Made by a program: the position numbers and the translations under genes | Assembly: GCF_009914755.1 (NCBI RefSeq) | Contig: NC_060948.1 | Reading direction: 5' to 3' (one strand) | DNA length: 64,000 nt | Source of the DNA: the human T2T-CHM13v2.0 reference genome, Homo sapiens | The notes under the pieces: model-generated | Databases searched by the model: none | Told to the model about the DNA's origin: nothing | What the model saw: only the letters and a program-made list of their open reading frames with translations | Shown: piece after piece, positions 40,208 to 52,406 of the stretch | Numbering within the stretch: the first letter of the stretch is position 1 | Layout of the letters: every line of letters starts with the position of its first letter

Positions 40208-43200
40208 ATGCCACACACAAAAGCAGATATCCAACACTCACAACACTCCCAGACAAACACACAGTCCAGCTGCTTCTGAGGCTGCTTGTTTCTGCAGGAT
40301 GCCCCATTTGGGAGAGAGAAACCCCAGGGAATGGGGAGCACAGGCAGGCTTGTTCCTAAAAATCTCAGAGGGACAAATTTCAAAAAGGCTCACCCTTAAA
40401 ATGTCTATGTGCTTGCTCATGTCTGTCCTCTCATAGGATCACGAGACTATCACATGGATCCCACAGAGAAGACAGGCAAGAATTCATAGCCAACGAACCT
40501 CCACAAAGGTCTTTTTCTCCACCAATCCCAAGATGAGGAAGAAGTGCCCCATCATGACATGAAACACATGCTTGGCTGGGAACTGAATTTGAGGTAAATT
40601 CAGGGGCCCTGCAGACAGGACTGCTAGTGTCTCTTTCTTGGTTTACTGCAGGAAAATGAAACACTAAGAGATATCTGTTTGTTGGTATGGTGTGATCCTC
40701 TTCTTTCTAGAAATGTGTATTTTTTTTCCCAGGGTTGTTAACCTTGAAGCCAGCAGGTCTTGGCCAGCCTCCAATTTCACTGCAGATTCATGATCCACAG
40801 AAAAATAAAAAACATGGAGTCCAGCAGCCCAAGAAGAGGCACACAGAGAGGCCACCACAACTTTGGGAGACATAAAAAAAAAGAAGTGCTGCAATGCATT
40901 AGCCATATTTATTTAAGCAGACTCCACTTACCAGCACACACACACAAACACAAAATAGCACACACGCATGCATACATCCAACACTCACAACCCTCCCACT
41001 AAAACACACAGCCCAGTAGCTCCTGAGGCTGTGTGGTTTTGTAGGAAGCCCCATCTGAAAGACAGCAAGGAACAGAAGCAGGCTGTACCTAAAAATCACA
41101 GTAAGGCAAGTTTCAAAAAGACTCACACTTAAAACATCTAGGGAGGACTCAGGAATCCTGCAGATGCTTCTGGATCCTGAGGGGTTTCCCAGTTTATTCC
41201 TGGGCTCTGCTTGAGGTTTCTTCAGATTGGCTCAGGTCTGACCTCTCAGAGGATCACGCGACTAACTGATGAATCCCAAAGAGAAGACAGGTGAGAGTCC
41301 ACAGCCGATGAACCTCCACAAAGGTCTCCTCTGCCAAGCTGCAGGGACTTGTCGCTAGGCAATGGTGACATTCATTGTGATGCCAGCCAGAGCTAACAGT
41401 CAAGCCTGATGTTCTGAGGCTAGCTCATGGACATTCTTGAGGCAAGATCTTGTGCCCGGCCTTAAGAGCTGTCAGCCTGCCTAGGCAGAGGAAAATGATA
41501 CAGACAGAGCCAGCCAAGTTGGGAAAATGGATGCCTTTGAAAACCCATGGTGGACCTTAAAAGTATCAACCTCAGGGCCCATTCGGGCCATCTCCATATT
41601 TGGGTCACGCTGGAGGAGGAGGCATTTCAAGACAGTAAGATGGTCGCTGGAGACTGCTCTTCAAATTCCATTCCTAAATGAGAATGCGTGTATGCAAGAA
41701 TCCAGTATAATGGGGATTGGAATACAGTTGGCAAGTTTCAAAAAGCCTCACCCCTACAACGTCTAGGAAGGTTTGAGGAATTTTGCAGACCTTTTGGTAT
41801 CTTTAGGGATTTTGCAGTTTATTCCTGTGGCTCTGCTTGATGTTTCTTCTGTCTAGCTCACGTCTGTCCTCTCTTAGGATCATAGGACTATCTCGTGGAT
41901 CTCACAGAGAAAAGAGGTGAGAGTCTGCTGCTGACACACCTCCACAGAGGTCTCTTTCTCCACCAAGCCACAGGGACTTGTGGTTAGGCAAAGGTGACAT
42001 TCATTTTGAAGCTAGCCAGAGTTCACAATCAGGCCTGATGCCCTGAGACTATCATATGTGCATTTGTGAAGCAGACTGGGGTGCCAGACTATCAGCGTCC
42101 TCAGCCCACCTAATGGCACAGGCAGGGCTGGCCAGGTATCCAGAAAAAGGCTGCCTGTGAAAACCCACTGTGAGACCCTAAAAGTCTCGACCTCAAAGTT
42201 TCTTCTTGCCATCTGCATGGTTGGGTCCCACTGGAGGAAGAGGCATTTCCAGACTGTGAGTTAGTTGGTGGAAACTGTTCTTCTAACTTCATTCCCAAAA
42301 GAGGCTGTGTGCAAGAATCAAGTCACTTGGGTATTGGAATATACTCTGGTGTATTGTTGAGGGTTCTTTGGGGGAAAGAATCATACCTGAGACTCCAGAG
42401 GTCGGTGTCAGTGAAAGATGGCTGGACTCTAGATCTCAGTGCCTCCCTTCATCCTGGGCCTCACAGGGCTCTCTGGGACAGACAGGAACCATGACAAAGG
42501 AAAGTGCATGAAGCAGCAGTGTTCTTGCACCTTGGACCTTCCACTCATGGGTGCAGGTGAGGATCAGTCAGTGTCTCAGAGGCTGTCTGTGGTGATGGCA
42601 AGCCTGAAAAGGGTGTCTAGTACCACTATTTAGGGTCACTGTGGATTCCACCATGAAACAAAACAAAACAAAACAAAATTCATGGCTCACATGACAGAAT
42701 GAGCTCCCTCATGCTGAAGTTTAAGCAATGTTCAATGATTCTTGTCAGAGGGCCCAAAAGCCTCCTGCAAAGTGAAAAAACCTCAGTCCCCACAATGAGA
42801 CAATTACCCACAACCTGGAAGACAGTCAGTTTACCCGAAGTCCCTTTTGCTGTGTGAAGTCCTTGGCAGCTAAATAATTTGTGATGAGAGGCAGTCCCAT
42901 CCAGCAACGTCCAAATGAAGAGTCCCACACAATGAAAAGGTTATGCAGATGAAATAAAACTGAGGCTAGATTACCAAGCAAATCCAGACACAGCTGTCCG
43001 CTTCTCATCCTCCAGGAATCATGTGGCATTCCAATAGAAGTGGGAGAACAAGACTTTCCCTTTTGGTGGCAGTGATGGGAATTTACTGTTTTAAAAGTAC
43101 CAAAGCTGCAGTTATTAAAACATGAGAGTGTTTAGAATGAAACATTCATGCAACGGATTTCCATGAGGGTCATTCTCCATGAACAGAGAACCATTTAGTG

Positions 43201-46200
43201 TGGAACTCGTTAAGCCAGACCCAGGAAACCCTAGGCTGATGAGGAACATAAAAGTCAAAAAAGAAAAGGCAAGTGTGGAGGCCACATCCTACCCAACATC
43301 AATCCATTACACTCCCCATTTTGCTCTGGGTATGAAAGCCCTCAAATCTGGAGTTGGCCAGGATGGTCTCAATTGGCACTCCGAATGTTTCTTGTCTATT
43401 GGAGTACTCTTATCTGAGCACCAGGCAATGGCGTTCACTGCTTGTGAAATATATGGAATGAGGGGATATATTTGGAAGCACCTTCTGTGTCATCTGTCTT
43501 CATGTTTTTTGCAGGTGAAGTTGTGGGACACCATCACCCCTCACCAGATTGTGTCCTCTCCCCATCTGACCCTATTGCTGTTCACACTCCATGTCCCAGG
43601 ACAAAATCACAAGATGATGGAGGTCTTCCCTCTCATGATATGAAGCACCTACTCAGCAGGGAACCAAATTTGAGGTAAATTCAATGGGCCCTTTGGACAG
43701 GACTACTAGTGTCTCCCCCTGGTTTGGCCAAAAGACAATGAAACTCTAGGAGATGCCTATTTTTTTTTTATGTGTTGTGCCCCTGTTCTATCAAGAAAAG
43801 ATGCTTTCTTGCAGGGGGAGGTGATTTGGATGCCAGCGTGTCTCTGCCCACCTCCCAATTCACTGCGGATTCATGATCCACAGCATAATAAAGAACATAG
43901 ATCTCTGCAGCCCAATCAGAGCCACCCAGACATACCACCAAAAGTGAGGAGACTAAAAAAAAATTCACTGAAGTGTGTTAGCCACCTTCTTTTAAGCAGA
44001 CTCCACACACAATGCACACACACATACACACATAATGTCACACACAAAAACACAGAAATCTGATACTCACAATACTTACACAGAAACACACAGCCCAGCA
44101 GCTCCTGAGGTTGCATGGTTTTGTAGGAAGCTCTGCCTGGGAGAGAGAAACACCAGCTGGACTATACCTAGAAATCACAGTAGGGCTAGTTTCAAAAAGA
44201 CTCACCCCTATGTCTAGTCAGGACTGAGGAATCCTGCAGATCTTTTCAGATCCTCAGGGATTTCATGGTTTATTCCTGGGGCTGTGCTTGATGTTTCTTC
44301 AGACTGGCTCATGTCTGCCCTCACCTTGGATCATGGGACTATGTGGTTGATTCCACAGAGAAGACAGGTGACAGTCCACCACCTACACACCTCCACAGAG
44401 GTATCTTTCTCCACCAAGCTTCAGAGACTTTTTGCTTGGCAATGGTGACATTCATTGGGAAGTTAACCAGAGCTCACAATCATGCCTGGTGCTTTTAGAC
44501 TACTGCCTGCACATTCCTGCAGCAGGCTTAGATGCCCAGATGTCAGAGCTCTCAATCAGCTTAAACAGAAGTAAATTGTACACGCAGAGCTGGCCAGGTA
44601 TTGGGAAAAAGAATGCATGTGAAAACCCACTTTGGGACTGTAAAAGTCTAGACCTCAGGGTCCCTTCAAGGCATCTCCATGGACAGGTACCGCTGGAGGA
44701 AGAGGTGTTTTAAGACTGTGAGGTGGTCACTGGAAACTGATCTTCTGGCTCCATTCCAGAAAGAGGCTGTGTGCAAGAATCGGGTCCCATGGGGTTTGGA
44801 ATATTGTCTGGTGTATTGTTGAGGGTTCATAGGGTGATGGAATCATACCTGAGACCCCCAAGTTTGGTGTCAATGAATGATGGCCAGGCTCTTGACCTCA
44901 CCACCTCCCTTCATCCTGGGCCTTGCAGGGGTTGTCCCCAAAAGGCAGGAACCATGACAAAGGCAAGTCCAAGGTGGTGCAGTGTCCTGACACCTCTGTC
45001 TGGCCTCTCATGGTTGCAGGTGAAGTTAAGAGAGTATCTCAGAGGCTATCTGTGCTGATGGCAAGCCTGAAAATGGTGTCAGGTAGTGCTGTGGAGGGGC
45101 ATTGTGGATTCCCCATGAAAGCAAAGAAAAATCAAAGCTCACCTGAGAACAAGCTGCCTTGTGCTGAAGTTTAAGCAATGTTCAATGATCCTTCTCAGAG
45201 GACTCAAAAGCCCCAGTCAAAGTGCAAACGATGTCAGCCCCCACAATGAGAAAATGACCCACAATCTGAAGACCAGCCAACCTACCTGAAGTCCCTTTTG
45301 CTCTTCAAAATTCCTGACAGCTACTTAATCTGTAGCAAGAGGCAGTCTCATCCAGCAACAGCCCAAATGAAAGAGCCCTCCCACTATGAGAAGGCCCTGC
45401 AGCTAGAATGAAGCTGAGTCTGGATTATCAAGCATAAGCCAGACATGGTGGCCTGCTTCTCATCCTACAGGAATCATGTAGACCTCCGACAGAAGTGGGA
45501 GAAAAAGAGTTTCCTTGTTGGTGCCTGTCACTGGAATTTACAGTTTTAAAAGTATCAAATCTGCCCAGTGATTAAAACGTGAATGTTTAGAAGGAAAATA
45601 TGCAAAGGATTCCCATGAGGGTCTTTCTCTGTGAATGTTTAGTGTGGAAGTCTTTGAGCCAGATCCAGGGATCCTTAAGCCAAGTAGTAACATGGAACTC
45701 AGGAAAACAAGAGGCATGCATGGAGGCCACATCCCACCCAGCATCAATATATTCAACTTCCATTTGACTCTGGGCATGAAAGCCCTCAAATCAGGAGCTT
45801 GCCGGCATGGCTCCTATTTGCACTCCAAATGTTCCTTGCACGTTGGAGTACTCTGACCTGAATACAGTACTCTGACCTGTTTATTGCAGTTGAAGTCGGG
45901 GCACCCCATCCTGCCCTCATCAGATTGTATCATTACCCCTTTCTGACCTAATTGCTGCTCATACTCTATGTCTCAGGATGAAATCCCAAGACCTTGGAAG
46001 GGTATCCCTTGAAATGTGAATCACCTGCTCTGCTGGGAACCAAATCTGAGGTAAATTCATGGGCCCTGCAGACAGGACTGCAGGGGCTCTCCCTGGTTTG
46101 GCTGCAGGACAATGAAACAATAGAAGATAACTTTTTTTTTTTTTTTTGGTGTGGTGTCCTCTTCTTCTTTCTAGAAGAGTGGCCTATTCTGTAGGAGGAA

Positions 46201-49200
46201 GTGATTTGGACACTGTCCGTGTCTTGGCACATATCCCAATTCACTGTTGCTTCATGATCCATAAAAGAATAAAGAACATGGAGCCCCACAGCCCAAGCAG
46301 AGCCACACAGACATGCCACCAAAAAGACTTGGCAACTGAAAAAAAAAAGAAGTGCTGAAGTGCATTAGCCACATTCCTTTGGGCAGACTCCACTTACAGG
46401 CACACACACAAACACACACACACACAATGCCACACACACACCCTGACATCCAACTTGCAACACTCCCACAGAAACAAACAGCCAGCCAGCTTCTGAGGCT
46501 GTGCGGTTTTGCAGGAAGCCTCTCATTGGAGAGAGCAACCTCAGGGAACACAGGTGGGCTGCACGTAGACATCACAGTGGGGCAAGTTTAAAAAAGACTC
46601 ACCCCTAAAACGTCAAGGCAGAACAGAGCCATCCTGCAGGTCCCTTTGGATCTTTATGGTTTTTGTCGTTTATTTCTGACGCTGTGCTTGACACTTCCTC
46701 AGGCAGGCTCACGTCTGCCCTCTCCTAGGATCATGAGACTATCCTGCATATCCCACAGATAATACAGGCAAGAGTCTGCAGCTGAAGTGGCTTCAAAGAG
46801 GTCTCCTTCTCTGCCAAACAGCAGGGACTAGTTATTAGGCAACACTGACATTCATTGTGAGGCTAATCAGAGCTCACAATCAGGCCTAGTGCCCTGAAAC
46901 TAGTGCATGCACATTCCTGAGGAAGGCTCAGGTGCCCCTTTGTCAGAGCTGTCAGCCTGCCTAAGCAGAAGAAAATGATACAGACAGAGCTGGCCTAGTA
47001 TTGGGAGAAAATGATGAATGTGAAAATCCACTGTGGGAACCTAAAAGTCTCCACTTCAGGGCTCCTTTGGGCCATCTTCGTGGTCATGTTCCACTGGAGG
47101 AGAAGGCATTTCGAGACTATGAGCTGGTCGATGGAAACTGCCCTTTTAACTCCTTTCGTGAAAGAGGCTGTGTGCAACAGCCCGGTCCCATGGGGATTGG
47201 AATACCGTCTGCTGTGTTCCTGAGAGATCTTTGGGTAATAGAATCATACCTGAGAACCCAGATGTGGGTGTCAGTGAAAGATGCCTGAGCTACTCACCTT
47301 ACTCCCTCCCTTCATCTGGAGCCTCCCAGAAGCTCTCTGGGAAAGGGAGTAACCATGACAAAGGCAAGTCCAAGATGGAGCAGTGTTCTCACACCTCCAG
47401 CTGGCCTCTCACGGGTACAAATGAGGTAGAGACAGTATCTCAGTGTCTTGTCTGTGGTGATGGCAAGCCTGAAATGGGCATCCAGTAGTGCTGTTGAGGG
47501 GCACTTTGCTTCCCCATGAAAGCAAAGAAAAATCAAGGTTTGCCAGAGAGTACGAGCTGCTTTGTGCTGGAGTTCAAGCAATGTTTAATGATTCCTATCA
47601 GAGGACCCAAAAGCCTCCTGAAAAGTGCAAACAACCTCAGCCCCCATAATGAGACAACCACCTGCAACCCAAAGTGCAGCCAGCCTACACAAAGTCCCTT
47701 TTTCTCTCTGAAATCCGTGGCAGCTAAATAATCTATGGTGAGAAGGAGTCCCATCCAGCAACAGACCTATTAAAGAGCCACTCCACTGTGAGGAGCCCAT
47801 GCAGATGAAATTAAACAGAGGCCAGATTACCAGGCAAAGGCCAGTCATGGCTGCCTGCTTCTCATCTTACAGGAACCATGCAGCCCTCTGATAGAAGTGG
47901 GAGAACAAGAGTTTCCTTGTTGGTGCCTGTAATTGGAATTTACAGTTTTAAAACTATCAAAGCTGCCAGTCATTAAAATATTGCAGTGTTTAGAAGGAAA
48001 CTCTCAGGTAATGAATTCCCATGAAGGTTGTTCTTTGTGAACTGGGAAACGTTTTGTGTGGAAGTCATTGACCCAGACCCAGGAAACCCTCGGCTGATGA
48101 GGAACATGGAAATCAGAAAAGCAAGAGGCAATCATGGAGGCTCATCTTACCCAGCATCCATCCATTTCACTCCCATTTGGCTCCAGGTATGAAAGCACTC
48201 AAATCAGGAGTTTGCCAGCATGGCCCCCATTTGTACTTCAAAATGTTCCTTGTACATTGGAGTACTTTCATCTGAAAACTGGGCCATGGTGTGGACAGCT
48301 TGTGCAATTAAGGGAATGTGGAAGCACCTGCTGTGTCATCTGTCTTCACTTTTTTTGCAGGTGAAGTTGTGGGACCCAATACACTTCTCAGCAGATTGTG
48401 TCCTCACTCCTATCTGACCTTCTTGCTGGTCACACTCTATCTCCCAGGATAAAAACAAAAGATGAGGGAGGAGTGCCCCCTCATGACATGCAGCACATGC
48501 TTGCCTGGGACCTAAATTTGAGAAAAATTCAAGGGGCCCTACAGACAGGACTTCTATTTTCTCTTAGTTGCCTGCAGACAATGAAACACTCAGAAATGTC
48601 TGCTCTTTGGTGTGCTGTGATCCTCTTTTTTTCTAGAAGGGTGGCTTTTTTGCCACTTCTAGAAGCGACAACGTGTGTTAGACAATTCCTTTAAACTGAC
48701 TCCACTGATAGGCACATACAAACACCCACACAATGCATAAGGCAGTCCCTTCCAGCAACAACCCAATGATAGAGAACGTCCAAAATGATAAGGCCACACA
48801 GATGAAATGAAACTGAATCTAGATTACCAAGCAAAAGACAGACATGGCTGCCTGCTTCTCATCCCACAGGAAACATGTAGCCCCCTGATAGAAGTAGAAG
48901 AACAAGAGTTTCTTTGTTGGCAGCTGCAAGGGGAATTTACACTTTTAAATGTATCAAAGCTGCCCAATCATTAAAATGTGATAACTTTTAGAAGGAAACA
49001 CTCACACAATGGATTCCCGTAAGGGTCATACTGTGTGAACTGATAAACATTTAGTGTGCAAGTTGGAGTCAGACACAGGAAACCATAGGCTGAGGAGGAA
49101 CATGGAAGTCAGTAAAAAATGAGGGAGGTGTGGAGGCCACATGCCACCCAGCATCAATAATTCCACTCCCATTTTGCTCCAGGTATGAAAGCACTCATAT

Positions 49201-52200
49201 CAGGAGTTTGACAGGATGGCCCCAATTTGCACTCTAAATGTTTCTTACATGTTGAAATACTCCCAATTGTTCACTGGGTCATGGTGTGGTCTGCTTGTGC
49301 AATTAAGGGAATGCTGGGTTGGAGTTGGAAGCACTTTCTGTGTCATCAGTTTTCTCTCTCTTTTTTTTTTTTTTTTTTTTTTTTTTGCTGGTGAACTTGC
49401 AGAACCCCATCCACCCCTCAGCAGACTGTATCCTCACCCCAATCTGACCTTATTGCAGCTCATACCCTATGTCCCAGAATGAAATCACAAGACTATGGAG
49501 GAATCCCCCTCATGACATGAAACTACTGCTTGGCAGTGAGCAGAATTCGAGGTAAATTCAACAGGCCCTGTAGACAGGACTGTTAGTGTCTCTCCCTAGT
49601 TTGGCTGCAGGACAATGAAACACTGGGAGATGCCTGTTTTCTGGTGTGGTGTACTTCACTTCTTTCTGGAAGAACAGCTGTTTTTACAGGGGGAGGGGAT
49701 TTGGATGCCAGCAGGTCTCGGCCTACCTCCCTATTCACTGCAGACTAATGATCCACAGGAAAGTAAAGAACACGGAGCCCCACAGCTGAAGCAAAGTCAC
49801 ACAGACAGGCTGCAAAAAGGTTGGGTGACTCAAAGAAAACAAACAAACAAACAAAAAAAAAACAGAAGCGCCGAACTACATTAGCCACATTCCTTTAAGC
49901 AGGCTCCAGTTACAGGCAAACACGTACACACCACACACACTTAAACACACACACACAGACATCCAGCACTCACAACACTGCCACAGAAACACACAGCCTG
50001 GGAGCTCGTGAGTTTGCTTAGTTCTGCAGGAAGACCCACCTGGGAAAAAACAGTCCTGGGGAAGACAGGCAGGCAGTACCTAGAAATCACAGTGAGGCAA
50101 GTTTCAAAATGACTCACCCCTGCAAAATCTAGGCAGACGTGAAGAATAATTCAGATCTTTTTGAACATTCGGGACTTTGCAATTTATTCCTGGGCTCTGC
50201 TTGAGGTTTCTTCAGGCTGGCTTATGCCTGCCTTCTCCTAGTATTATGAAACTATCCCATGAATTTCACAGAGAAGACAGGCAAGTGTCCACCACTGAAG
50301 CATATCCACGGAGGCCTCTTTCTTCTGCAAGCCTCAGAGAAGTGTCGCTAGGCAACAGTGATATTCACTGTGACATTAGCCAAAGCTCACAATCAGGCCT
50401 GGTGCCCTGAGACTAGTTCATGCACATTCGTGAAGCAGGCTCAGACACCCAGCAGAGGAAAATCGTACTGGTAGAGCCAGCCTGGTATCAGGAAAAAGGC
50501 TGCCTGCAAAAACCGACCTTGGGATCATAAAAATCTCGACCTCAGGGCCCCTTTGGGGCATCTCCGTGGTTGGGCCCAGCTGGAGGAAGAGGCATTTCTA
50601 GAATGACAGATGGTCACTGGAAACTGCTCTTTTTGGCTCCATTCCAGCAAGAGGCTGTGTGCTAGTTATGGGGCCCACAGGCATTGGAATATATTCTGGT
50701 GTGTTGTTGAGGGTTCTTTGGGTGATAGAATCACACCTGAGACCCCAGAGGCAGGTGCCAGTGAAAGATGGCCAATCTCTGTACCTCACCGCCTCCCTTC
50801 ATCCTGGGACTCACAGGAGCTCACTGGAATAGGCAGGAATCCCAATAAAGGCAACTGCAAGGTGGAACAGTGTCCTCACACCTCAGAATGGCCTCTCATG
50901 GGTGCAGATGAAGCTGAGACAGTGTCTCAGAAGCCATCGGTGGCAATGGCAAGCCAGAAAAGTGTGTCCAATAGTGCTGTTTAGAGACACTGTGGATTCC
51001 TCCTGAATGCAAAAAATAAATAAGTAAAGGCTCTCCTGAGAAAACGAGCTGCCTTATGCTGGATTTTAAGTATTATTCAATGATTCCTGTCAGAGGACGC
51101 AAAAGCCTCCTGCAAAGTGCAAACAACCTCAGCCACCACAATGAGACAATGACCCACAACCTGGAGCACAGCCAGCCAACCCAAAGTCCCTTTTGCTCTC
51201 TGATATCTGTGACAGCTATATAATCTGTGGCACACTGCAGTCCCATCCAGCACCAGCCCAGTGAAAGTGCCCCTCAACTATAAGAAGACCATGCAGATGA
51301 AATGAAACAGAGGCTAGGCTGTCAGGCAAAAGCTAGACAGTGCTGCCTGCTTCCCATTCTACAGGAATCATGCAGCCCTCCGATAGAAGTGGGGAAATAA
51401 GTATTTCCTTAATGGCACCTGTAATGGGAATTTACTATTTTAAAAGTATCAAAGCTGCCCAGTCATTAAAATGTGAGTGTTTAGAAGGAAACATTCATGC
51501 AATGGATTCCCATGAGGAGCATTCTTTGTGAACTGGGTAATGTTTAGTATGGAAGTCATTAAGTCAGAGCCAGGTAACCCTAAGCTGACTAGTAACATGT
51601 AAGTCAGGAAAGAAGAGTCATGTGTGGAGGCCACATCCCACCTAGTATCAATGCATTCAACTTCCATTTGGCTCCAGGTATGAAAGCCCTCAAATTGGGA
51701 TTTAGCCAGCATGGCCCCTATTTGCACTCCAAATGTCCTTTGCAAGTTGGAGTACCCCCACCTGGACACGAGGCCATGGTGTGGACTGCTAGTGCAATTA
51801 ACGGAATGAGGAGATGGAGTTGGAAACTCTTCTGTCATCTGTCTTCATTTTTATTGCAGTTGAAGTTTCATGACCCCGTCCACCCCTCACCAGATTGTAT
51901 CCTTACCCATTTTTGACCTCATTGCTGCTCAAACTCTGTGTCCGAAGAGGAAATCCCAAGATGTTGGAGGAGTTTTCTTTATGATGTGAATCACCTGCTC
52001 ATCTGGGAAATGAATTCCATGTAAATTCAAGGGGACCTGAGGAGAGGACTGCAGGGACTCTCCCTGGTTTGGCCACAGAACACTGAAACACTAGGAGATG
52101 CCTGTTTTTTGGTGTGGTGTGCTCCTCTTCTTTCTAGAAGAGTGCCTTTTCTTGCAGGGTGGTGTTGATTTGGAAGCTGTCATCTCTTGGCACATCTCCC

Positions 52201-52354
52201 AATTCATTGTGGCTTCATAATCCACAGAAAAATAAAGAACACAGGATCCCACAGCCCAAGCAGATCCACACAGACACACCACCAACAGACTTGGAGACTC
52301 AAAAAAAGAAGTGCTGAAGTGCATTAGCCAAATTCCTGTAAGCAGACTCCACTT

Positions 52355-52358
<4 letters not shown>

Positions 52359-52400
<42 letters not shown>
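52359..52400. repeat. (AC)21 microsatellite, the longest pure version of the CA tract found in the monomers
   Basis: Read directly from the sequence. Confidence 0.95.
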
Positions 52401-52406
<6 letters not shown>

